This document shows, piece after piece, positions 19,348 to 28,616 of a stretch of 64,000 nucleotides of DNA (position 1 is its first letter; the number at the start of each line of letters is the position of its first letter). The stretch covers positions 32,001-96,000 of the forward strand of contig OZ245046.1 of NCBI GenBank assembly GCA_965224245.1, read 5' to 3'. This stretch comes from Candidatus Eiseniibacteriota bacterium (GTDB lineage Bacteria > Eisenbacteria > RBG-16-71-46 > CAZAMP01). The notes beneath the pieces were generated by a model that saw only the letters and a program-made list of their open reading frames with translations, was not told the origin of the DNA and did not search any database. Position numbers and translations under genes: made by a program.

Positions 19348-21591
19348 TCACCGGATGAGGGTGGTTCGTCTCGCCGCGCTCGCGCCGTGCCCGTGCACGA
19401 GGCGGTAGTAGTACACACCCGCAGGCGCCGGTCTCCCCGCGTCGTCCCGTCCATCCCAGTCGATGTGAGCCTCACCACCGGGCGTGATCGATCCCAGTGT
19501 GATCGCTCGGATGCGACGTCCGGCCGCGTCGATGATCTCGAGACGCGCTTCGTGCAAGCCGTCGGCATCGGTGACCTGGAACGTCGTGCACGGCGTGAAC
19601 GGGTTGGGAGCGTTCGTCACGCGCGCGATGCCCGGGCCCTGCGAGACACCGGGAACCCCGACGACCGCGAGATCCTGGTACAGCTGCACACCGGCCCGTC
19701 CGTTGGCGACGACGAGCAACGAGCCGAAGGCGTGAAGCTGCGACATGTCCCCGGGTGGTGTGAAGGACCCGAGGTTGATCAGGTTGGTGGGATCCGAGAT
19801 GTCGAACACGAAGAGTTCCGGGCTCGCCACGGGATCGCCGAGGTAGGCCCGGGCCCCGCTGACCGCGACGTGGAACGGCCGGAAACCCCCTGTGGGGTTG
19901 TAGCGATCGAGCACGGTGGGATTGGTCGGGTCGCTGATGTCCAGTGTGATGAGTCCGCCCGCGAAGTCGGCGGACGTGACGAAGGCGATGTCCCCGACCA
20001 GCTGCAGATCGTGGACATCCGGAACGCTGTAGCGTGCGACCTCGACGGGCGTGGTGGGATCGGAGACGTCCACCACCCGCATTCCCAGCGTTCCATTGGC
20101 CACGAAGACGTGAGAGCCCGACACCTCGAGGTCCCACGCAATCGTGTCCAGCGTCAGCGCTCCCAGCTCGACCGGTGACGTGGGAACCGAGATGTCGAAG
20201 ATGCGGAGCCAGTACGGCTCGTTCACCACGCTCTCGATCATGTATGCGAACGATCCCTGCACCCGGACGCGCCATCCATCGCGAGCCTCGTTGAAGCCGA
20301 TCTCGACCGGCATCATCGGATCGGAGACGTCGACGATCCGCAGCCCAGCGTCGCTGTCGGCCACGTAGACCAGGTCGCCGTCCACGTCCAGGTCGCGAGC
20401 AGTCCCCGGGATGTCCAGCCGGCCGAGAAGCTCTGGACGGTCGAGGTCGGAGAGATCGAGCGCCACCAGGCCGCTGGAGGAGTATGCCACGTAGGCGACA
20501 TCGCCCACCTTGTCGACGCGGTACGCGAGCGTCATCACGTCGAAGCGGCCGATCTCGGTCGGGGAGCTCCCGTCCCCGAGCTCGATGATTCGCAGCCCTT
20601 CGTGTCCGGTGGAGACGTAGGCGAGCCCTTCCGACACCACTACGTGCTTCGGAAACCAGTCCACCGGCAGGGAGCCGACGAGCACGGGGTTGGTGGGAAC
20701 CGAGACGTCCCAGACGTGCAGCCCATCGCGGTTGACGATGTATGCCGTTCCCGCCTCTACGACGATGTCGGCGATGCCTCCCACGTTTCGGGTGCTCCAT
20801 GGCGCGAACGCGGCGTGGTGGAGATCCAGAATGTACAGGAAGCTGCCATAGCCGACGTAGGCGACGTCGGAGTCGCCGAACGTCGCGCCGGCGCCGAAGT
20901 CGAACTCGCGGGAGCCGGAGGTGTTCAGGGTTCCATCGGGGTTGATCTTGATCCGCTGGTAGCGCTGCGCGCCGGTGGAGTGGATCTGCCCGTCCTGGGA
21001 GACGTAGATGTCGTGAGACGGGTTACCCATGGATCCGTTGAACGCGACCTCCACCGGATTGGCGGGATCGGATACGTCGAGCGAGTGGACGTAGCCGTAG
21101 GAGCACTCGACGATCGCGTAGTCCCCGAACACGTCCACACCCCGCACGGGGACCTCGGTTCCGACATAGATCACTTCGGTGCACGCAATGAGGGCGGGAG
21201 ACACCGGTGTCGACACGTCCCAGATCTCGAGACCTCCTTCTCCGCAGGCCGCGTAGAGCTGCTGGTCGGAGACGTCGTAGAAGAGATCCGCGATCAGCCC
21301 GCCCGTGCGGAGGTCGTCCGAGACCAGCAGTGGAGTCGTCGGATCGGCGACGTCGATGGTCAGCACCGCCCCGCCGGAGGCCAGGAAGACGAGATCGCGG
21401 ACCGGATCCACGTCCACGGCCAGCGATGAGCCGTAGGGCCAGGCTCCCAGCGCCTCGAGGCCCGCCGGTGGTGGCGTGCGGTAGAGGCACGTCGCGTCCC
21501 CATTGCTCCGCGTCGTGGCAACGGGGAGAAGTGCGGTTGTGACGAGTGCACTCAGTACGATCATCCGTGGTGTTCGGTCGTGTCGAAGCAT
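19348..21591 (-). CDS. secreted LVIVD-repeat beta-propeller protein with FlgD/T9SS-like C-terminal domain
   Basis: Many GLxIxDVSDPxxP repeats; C-terminal PNPF...WDGRDDAGRPAPAGVYYYRL. Confidence 0.9.
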   Translation of the reverse strand: MLRHDRTPRMIVLSALVTTALLPVATTRSNGDATCLYRTPPPAGLEALGAWPYGSSLAVDVDPVRDLVFLASGGAVLTIDVADPTTPLLVSDDLRTGGLIADLFYDVSDQQLYAACGEGGLEIWDVSTPVSPALIACTEVIYVGTEVPVRGVDVFGDYAIVECSYGYVHSLDVSDPANPVEVAFNGSMGNPSHDIYVSQDGQIHSTGAQRYQRIKINPDGTLNTSGSREFDFGAGATFGDSDVAYVGYGSFLYILDLHHAAFAPWSTRNVGGIADIVVEAGTAYIVNRDGLHVWDVSVPTNPVLVGSLPVDWFPKHVVVSEGLAYVSTGHEGLRIIELGDGSSPTEIGRFDVMTLAYRVDKVGDVAYVAYSSSGLVALDLSDLDRPELLGRLDIPGTARDLDVDGDLVYVADSDAGLRIVDVSDPMMPVEIGFNEARDGWRVRVQGSFAYMIESVVNEPYWLRIFDISVPTSPVELGALTLDTIAWDLEVSGSHVFVANGTLGMRVVDVSDPTTPVEVARYSVPDVHDLQLVGDIAFVTSADFAGGLITLDISDPTNPTVLDRYNPTGGFRPFHVAVSGARAYLGDPVASPELFVFDISDPTNLINLGSFTPPGDMSQLHAFGSLLVVANGRAGVQLYQDLAVVGVPGVSQGPGIARVTNAPNPFTPCTTFQVTDADGLHEARLEIIDAAGRRIRAITLGSITPGGEAHIDWDGRDDAGRPAPAGVYYYRLVHGHGASAARRTTLIR

Positions 21592-21677
21592 GGGTTCCTC
21601 CAGTCCCGCACCAAGCGTGCGACCATCCCGGCTGGACGACCCGCCCGTGGACCGGGCAGGTCGCCACCTGGCCACGA

Positions 21678-22076
21678 TCAGAGTGGGATCAACGGGCAAA
21701 CGAAACGCCGGACCACGCCTCCGATCGCGATCTCTCCTCGATCGGCCGCGGCGTGCAGGTCCTCGGCGTTTGTGAACTGAACGGGATCTATCGTGAGCCA
21801 CTCGACGAGGTGAACCTCCCAGCGTCCTCCGTTGTAATCCGCGTCACCGGGAGCGGACTCCGAAACCGCGGCGAGCCCGTCACCCAGCACGTAGATCGCG
21901 TCGAAGTGGCCCGCGGGCGGCAAGTCCGTCGGCGTCGCCACCGTCTGGTAGGCCTCGTCGTGGGCATAGATCATCCCGCCGGGAGGGCCGACCTGCGCAG
22001 CTGCGTTCAACGCCAGGCCAGCGCCGGCCATCGTGAGTAGTGCACCGGCGATCAGGGTGCGAAAGTTTCTGTACAT
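21678..22076 (-). CDS. small secreted hypothetical protein
   Basis: RBS AAGGA; signal peptide ending AAA; APGDADYNGGRW and terminal FVCPLI motif. Confidence 0.8.
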   Translation of the reverse strand: MYRNFRTLIAGALLTMAGAGLALNAAAQVGPPGGMIYAHDEAYQTVATPTDLPPAGHFDAIYVLGDGLAAVSESAPGDADYNGGRWEVHLVEWLTIDPVQFTNAEDLHAAADRGEIAIGGVVRRFVCPLIPL

Positions 22077-22556
22077 GCCGATACTTCCTTTCGGGTGTGC
22101 GCATGGGAATGCACGTCGTGGGCGCAGTTCGCGGACGGGGCGTGCACCGGAGGCGCCCTTTCGCTCCAGCGCCCGTACCTGACCCCGCGAAGCCGGATGC
22201 CGCCGTCGAGCTGAATACCGGATTCGGGAACGGGACCCGTCACGCCGAGCCCACCGCACGGGCCCGCCTGTATGCTGTCGCCGCAAGCCTCCGCGGCGAC
22301 GAGCGTCAATGCACGGGTGACCATGCGGTCAATTGAGCTCGTCATGATCGGAGTCTCCACTTGTGACATCTTGCTTTGACCGGGATCGAACTGAGTCCAG
22401 GTCGATGCCAATCCCTCGGTCGAGCTCGTCCGCCGTTGCGGGCGATGCAGGCACCGCATCGACGGGCTGCCACCGGGGTGATCGATCGCATCGAAACCGG
22501 GGTCGCTTGCTCACGTACCGAGCCTAGGTACGTCGTTGATTTGCAAACAAGGCAGG

Positions 22557-22608
22557 TCTAGGCGAATCCTTCGCGCAAGCGCTATAGTCGTATGTGGGGG
22601 TAGCCGTT
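22557..22608 (+). promoter_or_regulatory. promoter/leader of STAND regulator 1 (conserved with 28309-28360)
   Basis: TCTAGGCGAATC...TATAGT(22583-22588)...TGTGGGGGT...GTTATG. Confidence 0.65.
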
Positions 22609-25422
22609 ATGACTGGCGACTCTGTTCTTCCTGATGGGCCGGCGGTCAAGCGCCTCCGGAGGTCCAGAGGCTGGACTCAGGAGGACGTGGCCCAGAGGAT
22701 CCAGGATCGGGTCGGCCCATTCTCGAAACGAACGTTGCAGAGCATCGAGGCCGGCAGACCCGTCCACCTTCGCAGCATCCGGCTGGTCGCGGAAGAGCTG
22801 GGGCACGACGTCACGGCTTTGATGAAGGCTCCAGGAACGGTGCCGCACAATCTTCCGCCCCCGCTCACGAGCTTCGTCGGTCGCACGCAGGTCTTGGCCG
22901 AGGTCACGGCGCATCTCGAAGCCAGTCGATTCCTGACGCTCACCGGACCCGGAGGCTGCGGCAAGTCCCGGCTCGCGCTGGAGGTCGCCCGGGATCTTCT
23001 GCCGGATCACCCCGACGGCGTGTGGCTGGTCGAGCTCGCGTCCCTCACGACGCCGGCGCTGGTACCGCAGGCCGTTGCCGCCGCACTGGGGGTTCGCGAG
23101 GGGCATGAACGGAACGTGACCGAGTTGTTGCGCGAGCACCTCGCGAACCGCGTGTCGCTTCTGATCCTCGACAACTGTGAGCACCTGCTTTCCGCCTGCG
23201 CCCGGCTCATCGGCGATCTCTTGCCGGTCTGTCAGCGGCTCCGGTTTCTGGCGACGAGCCGAGAGAGCCTGAGCCTCGATGGGGAGGCGACCTATCTGGT
23301 TCCCCCGTTGCAGCTGCCCGACGAGCATGATCAGCTCGGCGAGCTACAGGGGGTCGAATCGGTTCGACTGCTCGTCGAACGCGCCGCCGCCGTGCGGTCC
23401 GACTTCTCCCTGTCGGGCTCGAACGCCTCGGCCGTGGGCGAGATCTGCCGTCACCTGGATGGGATCCCGCTGGCGCTGGAGCTGGCTGCGGCCCGCGTGA
23501 AGACGATGCCCATACACGAGATCAACGAGCGTCTCGCCGATCGCTTCCATCTCCTGACCGATGGTCATCGCGCGACACTCTCTCAGCATCGGACGCTGCG
23601 CGCACTGATCGACTGGAGCCATGACCATCTGTCGGACGACGAGCGGGTACTGCTACGGCGCCTGTCGGTGTTCGGCGACGGTTGGACCCTGCCGGCGGCA
23701 GAGAGCGTGTGCGTGGGCGGCAACATCGAGAAGGACGCGGTGGTCGACCTCCTGTCACATCTGGTGAGCAAGTCTCTGGTGGAGCTGGACTCACACGGCG
23801 GGCGAGGGACGGGAAAGGGTCGCTACAGGTTGCTGGAGACCATGCGCCAGTACGCGCTGGAGCGCCTCGTCGAGGGTGGGGAGGAACGAGACGTTCGTAG
23901 ACGCCATCGCCGGTGTTTCATGGCACTCGCCGAGGAGGCCGAGCCTCAGCTCGACGGCCCGGATCAGCAGGCATGGCTCTCGCTTCTCCAGGACGAGAAC
24001 GGCAACCTGCGAGCTGCGGCAAAGGTGCGCGTCGACGAGCGAGAGGACGAGAGCGAGGAGCGGTTGCGGCTGGCGGGAGCACTGGGACTGTTCTGGGAGG
24101 TCTGTGGATATCGGAGCGAGGGTCGAGCGATCTGCACTGAGCTCCTGGACTCCTCCGAACCGGATGGTCGATCGACGATCCGGGCCAAGGTCCTGAGAAC
24201 CGCGGGCCGGCTGGCACTGCTCCTCGGAAAGACGTCGGAGGCACGCACTCGTTTCGAGGACAGCCTGAGGATGAGCCGTGAGCTCGCGTGCGGGAGTGGG
24301 ATCGCATCGTCGCTGAACGAGCTCGGCGTGCTCGCAACGGATCAGGGAGACTTCGCCGAGGCACGCAAGCTCCTGGGGGAGAGCGTGGCCATCCGGAAGG
24401 AGCTGGGAGACCGATGCGGCGTCGCCAACACGCTCATGAACCTCGGCGTGGTGGCCCGAAAGCAAGGCGACCACGACCAGGCGCGTTCTCTCTTCGAGGA
24501 GAGCCTGGCCATCCGGAGGAATCTGGGGGATCGACGCGGGATCGCCATGGTGCTGGCAAACCTCGGGAACGTGGCCTTCGGGCGGTGCGACTTCGCCACG
24601 GCCCACCGCCTGTACGAGGAGGGTCTCGTCATGTTCCGGGAGCTGGGCGACAAGCACGGAGTCGCCAGCACGCTCAACAACCTCGGAAACGTGGCAAAGC
24701 GACGACACGACTACGTCGCGGCACGCACCCTCTACGAGGATGGTCTGGCGATCTGCAGGGAGCTGGGCGACAAGCGTGGCACCGCGCGGGCGCTTCAGAA
24801 TCTGGGGAGCATGGCCCTCAATGTCGGCGAGCACACCAAGGCCCGCTCGCTCTCGGAGGAGAGCCTGGACATGTTCCGTGAGCTGGGAGACATGCAAGGC
24901 GTCGCCCAGGTGCTCGGAAACCTGGGAATCGTCGCCAGGCATCAGGGTCTTCACGCCGAAGCGCGCGCCCGGTCCGAGGACAGCCTGGCCATCAGTCGCA
25001 AGCAAGGGGACAAGCAAGGGATCGCCGAGGCACTGGGCGAGCTGGCCCTGGTCGCTTGCGGTGAAGGTGACCTCGCGCGAGCAACGACGCTGTGCTCGCA
25101 GAGCCTGTCGATCTGTCGCGAGATGGGAGACACCGGCGGAATGGCGGAGTGTCTGGTGAGTCTGGGGTGCATTGCCGGCCAGGAGCATCGCCTCGACCGG
25201 GCCATCCGCCTGCTGGCGTCGGGACGCACCGCCGCAGAGCACATCGCGTACGTCTTCAGCCCGTCCACGCAGGAGCGGTTCGAGGCCAGCCTGTCGGTGT
25301 TGCGTGCCCGCGTGGATGCCGAGACGTTCGATCGTGAGTGGTCCGCCGGTCAGGCGATGCATCCCGACCGGGCGATCGAGTACGCCCTGGACGAGTCTGC
25401 TCCGGGAGTGCCGACGTCGTAG
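22609..25422 (+). CDS. XRE-type HTH + STAND (NB-ARC-like) ATPase + TPR regulator, copy 1
   Basis: RLRRSRGWTQEDVA HTH; NLP..LTSFVGR; Walker A GPGGCGKS; LILDNCEH; LDGIPLALELAAAR; about 8 TPRs. Confidence 0.92.
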   Translation: MTGDSVLPDGPAVKRLRRSRGWTQEDVAQRIQDRVGPFSKRTLQSIEAGRPVHLRSIRLVAEELGHDVTALMKAPGTVPHNLPPPLTSFVGRTQVLAEVTAHLEASRFLTLTGPGGCGKSRLALEVARDLLPDHPDGVWLVELASLTTPALVPQAVAAALGVREGHERNVTELLREHLANRVSLLILDNCEHLLSACARLIGDLLPVCQRLRFLATSRESLSLDGEATYLVPPLQLPDEHDQLGELQGVESVRLLVERAAAVRSDFSLSGSNASAVGEICRHLDGIPLALELAAARVKTMPIHEINERLADRFHLLTDGHRATLSQHRTLRALIDWSHDHLSDDERVLLRRLSVFGDGWTLPAAESVCVGGNIEKDAVVDLLSHLVSKSLVELDSHGGRGTGKGRYRLLETMRQYALERLVEGGEERDVRRRHRRCFMALAEEAEPQLDGPDQQAWLSLLQDENGNLRAAAKVRVDEREDESEERLRLAGALGLFWEVCGYRSEGRAICTELLDSSEPDGRSTIRAKVLRTAGRLALLLGKTSEARTRFEDSLRMSRELACGSGIASSLNELGVLATDQGDFAEARKLLGESVAIRKELGDRCGVANTLMNLGVVARKQGDHDQARSLFEESLAIRRNLGDRRGIAMVLANLGNVAFGRCDFATAHRLYEEGLVMFRELGDKHGVASTLNNLGNVAKRRHDYVAARTLYEDGLAICRELGDKRGTARALQNLGSMALNVGEHTKARSLSEESLDMFRELGDMQGVAQVLGNLGIVARHQGLHAEARARSEDSLAISRKQGDKQGIAEALGELALVACGEGDLARATTLCSQSLSICREMGDTGGMAECLVSLGCIAGQEHRLDRAIRLLASGRTAAEHIAYVFSPSTQERFEASLSVLRARVDAETFDREWSAGQAMHPDRAIEYALDESAPGVPTS

Positions 25423-25518
25423 TCCGTCCCTCGCCAGGAGCGGGCGCGACCGCGTGATGGAAACGCCGAGTGATGTCTCGACGCCGGATTCGCAGTCGAC
25501 GCGTCCTCCGGCCAGCCT

Positions 25519-28308
25519 TCACGCATCCAGTGCGTACTCGACGGCGCGTTCGACGTCCATCGTCTCTCCGGCCGACCACTCGTGAGCGAACTCGCGCTCG
25601 GGCATACGGCGGCGCAGCTCCGACTCGCACGTCTGGATGCGTTCGGACGTCATCTGGTCGAAGTCGATGTCGATGCGCCTGGCTGCTAGTTGCCCCGATG
25701 CCAGGAGTCGGATCGCGCGATCGACGTGGCCATCCCGGGCTTCGATGCATCCCAGACCTACCAGACGCTCCGCCATTCCCGCGGTGTCATCGAGTTCACG
25801 CCAGAGGGCCAGGCTCTCCACACACAGAGAGCGAGCGCGGACGTGGTCGCCCTCACGCCAGGCCATCAGCTCGAGATCACCCAGCGACGTGGCGATTCCC
25901 GGCCGGTCACCGAGCTCGCGGCAAATCTCGAGTCCTTCTTCGACCAGCAAGCGCGCCTCCGCATGCATTCCTTGATGTCGGGCGACGGTGCCGAGGTTGC
26001 TCAGCAGGTGAGCGACGCCGTATCTGTTTCCCAGTTCCCGACTGATGGCGATGCTCTTCTCGTAGAGCCGGCTTGCCTCCGGATAGTCGCACTGCTTGGC
26101 GGCTACGTTTCCGAGATTCTGAAGCGCAGTGCCCTCTCCGCGTCGGTTGCCCAGCTCCCGCGCGATCGAGAGTGCCTCTTCGTAGTAGGAGCGTGCCGCC
26201 TCGAGATCGTGCCTTCTTCCCGCCACGTTTCCCAGGTTGTTCAGCGTCTGGGCCCCGCTGTGTTTGTCACCGAGGTCCTGAAACAACCTCAAGCCCTCAG
26301 TGTAGAGCAGGTGGGCCTCCGCGACGTCATGCTGGACGTACGCCACGTTTCCCAGGTTGACGAGCACTTTGGCGATCCCTCGCTCGTCGCCGAGATCCCG
26401 TCTCATCGCCAGGCTCTCCTCGAGGAGTGATCGCGAGGCGGCGAGATCCCCCTGTCTCTGGGCCACGATGGCCTGGTTCATCAGGCAGTCGGACACACCC
26501 CGTCGGTCACCGATCGCGGATCGGATCGCGAGGCTCTTCGCGTAGAGTTCGGTGGCGCGATCGAACTTGCCGCGGTCCGAGGCCAGGACGCCGAGCTCGT
26601 TGAGTGATGACGCGACACCGCCTTCATCACCCAGTTCCTGGTACGCGGCCAGGCTCTCTTCGTAGCAAACACTTGCGTCGTCGATGTCACCGAGAAGCGC
26701 GTTCAGTCTTCCCGTCGTCCTCAGCACCGTCGCACGCGTGGGGGTTTTGCCACTGGCCTCGGTGCGACCGAGCAGCTCCGTGCAGATCGTGCGGCCCTCG
26801 CTCTGGTATCCGCAGACATCCCAGAAGCGCCCGAGTGCCGCGGCCAGCTGCAATCCCACCTCGTCATAGGCGCTGTCCTCGGAGTCGCTCTCGAAGGCGG
26901 CCCGCAGATTGTCGTGCTCCGCACTCAGCCGAGAGAGCCAGATCGCCTGATCCGGACCGGTGAGGTGGGGCTCGGCCCTCCGGGCGAGAGCCAGGAAGAA
27001 GCTCCGGAACCGCCTGTGGAACTCCGAGGCATCATCCTCGCTCTCCATGAGGCGCTCCAGCGCGTACTGGCGCACCGTGTCCAGAAAACGGTATCGGCTG
27101 CCATCGGTGGCCCGCGTCTGGACGGTGTTCGCGAAGACGAGCGATTTGCTCACCAGGCTCGACAGGACGTCCAGCACGCCGCCCGCCGCGACGTCGTCGC
27201 CGGCGCAGACGTACTCCGCCGCCGAGAGGTCCCAGCCACCGACAAACAGCGACAGTCGCCGGAAGAGCATCCGCTCGGCATCCGACAGGGTGTCGTAGCT
27301 CCAGTCGATCAGTGCGCGCAGGGTCCGATGTCTGGCGGCCTTGTCCCGAGGACCATCCGTGAGCAACCGAAAGCGATCGGCGAGTCGCTCGGCGATTCCC
27401 TCCACCGAGATCGACCTCACGCGCGCGGCGGCCAGCTCCAGCGCCAGCGGAATGCCGTCCAGTTGACGGCAGATCTCGAGCACCGCCGGCGCATTCGATT
27501 CCGTCAGCACGAAATCCGCACGAACGGCGGCGGCGCGCTCGACGAACAGCCGAACCGATTCGACACTCCGCAGCTCGTCGAGACACTGGTGCGCTTCGGG
27601 CAGCTGCAGGGGGGGAACCAGATACGTGGCTTCGCCGTCGAGGTTCAGGGTCTCCCGGCTCGTTGCCAGGAATCGCAGCTCGGGGCAAGCGGGCAGCAGC
27701 TCGCCGACGAGTCGGGCGCACGGATCGATGAGATGCTCACAGTTGTCGAGAACCAAGAGCATCCGTCGATTCCTCAGATGGTCCGCCAGACGCTCGGTCA
27801 GCGGCGCTTTCCCGTCCTCCCTGATGCCGAGAGCCGATGCGAGGGCCTGTGGTACGAGACTCGACGAGGTGAGGGGGGCCAGCTCCACGAGCCACACGCC
27901 GTCGGAGTAGTCGGGTATCAGATCGCGGGCGACCTCCAGTGCCAGCCGGGACTTGCCGCCCCCTCCCGTCCCCGTCAACACGACGAGCCGATGGAGCTCC
28001 AGCAGGTGCTCGACCTCGGCGAGCTCCTTCTCTCGACCGATGAAGCTCGTCAGGGGGGACGGCAGGTTGTGTGCCGGGGCGACGTGTTCTCGCACGAGTC
28101 GCTTCACGTCCGTCCCCAGCTCTTCCGCCACGAGCCGGATGCTACGAAGGTGAACCGGTCGCCCCGCCTCGATCTTCTGGAGGGTCCGCTTCGAGAAAGG
28201 TCCGGTCCGATCCTGGATCCTCTGGGTCACGTCCTCCTGGGTCCAGCCCCGGGAGCGGCGGAGACGCTTGACCGCAGGACCATCAGGGACGACGGAGTCA
28301 CCAGGCAT
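25519..28308 (-). CDS. XRE-type HTH + STAND (NB-ARC-like) ATPase + TPR regulator, copy 2
   Basis: Same architecture; Walker A GTGGGGKS; paralog of 22609-25422. Confidence 0.92.
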   Translation of the reverse strand: MPGDSVVPDGPAVKRLRRSRGWTQEDVTQRIQDRTGPFSKRTLQKIEAGRPVHLRSIRLVAEELGTDVKRLVREHVAPAHNLPSPLTSFIGREKELAEVEHLLELHRLVVLTGTGGGGKSRLALEVARDLIPDYSDGVWLVELAPLTSSSLVPQALASALGIREDGKAPLTERLADHLRNRRMLLVLDNCEHLIDPCARLVGELLPACPELRFLATSRETLNLDGEATYLVPPLQLPEAHQCLDELRSVESVRLFVERAAAVRADFVLTESNAPAVLEICRQLDGIPLALELAAARVRSISVEGIAERLADRFRLLTDGPRDKAARHRTLRALIDWSYDTLSDAERMLFRRLSLFVGGWDLSAAEYVCAGDDVAAGGVLDVLSSLVSKSLVFANTVQTRATDGSRYRFLDTVRQYALERLMESEDDASEFHRRFRSFFLALARRAEPHLTGPDQAIWLSRLSAEHDNLRAAFESDSEDSAYDEVGLQLAAALGRFWDVCGYQSEGRTICTELLGRTEASGKTPTRATVLRTTGRLNALLGDIDDASVCYEESLAAYQELGDEGGVASSLNELGVLASDRGKFDRATELYAKSLAIRSAIGDRRGVSDCLMNQAIVAQRQGDLAASRSLLEESLAMRRDLGDERGIAKVLVNLGNVAYVQHDVAEAHLLYTEGLRLFQDLGDKHSGAQTLNNLGNVAGRRHDLEAARSYYEEALSIARELGNRRGEGTALQNLGNVAAKQCDYPEASRLYEKSIAISRELGNRYGVAHLLSNLGTVARHQGMHAEARLLVEEGLEICRELGDRPGIATSLGDLELMAWREGDHVRARSLCVESLALWRELDDTAGMAERLVGLGCIEARDGHVDRAIRLLASGQLAARRIDIDFDQMTSERIQTCESELRRRMPEREFAHEWSAGETMDVERAVEYALDA

Positions 28309-28360
28309 AACCTACACCCCCACAACCGATTGTACTGCGTGCGCGTAAGATTCGCCTAGA
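28309..28360 (-). promoter_or_regulatory. promoter/leader of STAND regulator 2
   Basis: Minus strand TCTAGGCGAATC...TACAAT...TGTGGGGGT...GTTATG, colinear with 22557-22608. Confidence 0.65.
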
Positions 28361-28616
28361 GTTGCATTGTCCGTCGCGCCCACCTGGGCGTACGGTCGAT
28401 TCGAGGCGGAGACGCGTCTTTCCTCGCCGCCTCGATGGAGCGGTCGCAGGCTGCATCGGGAGGTCGGCCGCGATCGGTAGGAAGTCCACGGTGTCGGGGC
28501 TGAAGCGTGGCCGGGGATCACGTCTCGCACTGGAAGCTACGCGCGATGTTCGATCGAGCGAACATGTCACGTTTGCGACTGATCCGCAATGGATCGACAG
28601 GTGAAGGAGAAGCCCC

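Noticed and set aside
24250-26700. Periodic about 120-bp similarity (GAGCTGGGCGAC-like) suggesting a repeat array
   Set aside because: It is explained by TPR repeats within the two STAND genes and is not CRISPR.
22609-28308. STAND pair as an Avs-type anti-phage system
   Set aside because: The effector is an HTH with no nuclease, TIR or SIR2 domain and no defence genes nearby, so a regulatory role is more parsimonious, though defence is not excluded.
22363-28570. Shared GTTCGATC...ATGTCAC words upstream of the two genes divergent from the STAND pair
   Set aside because: The matches are short and the spacing differs, so they cannot be distinguished from chance.
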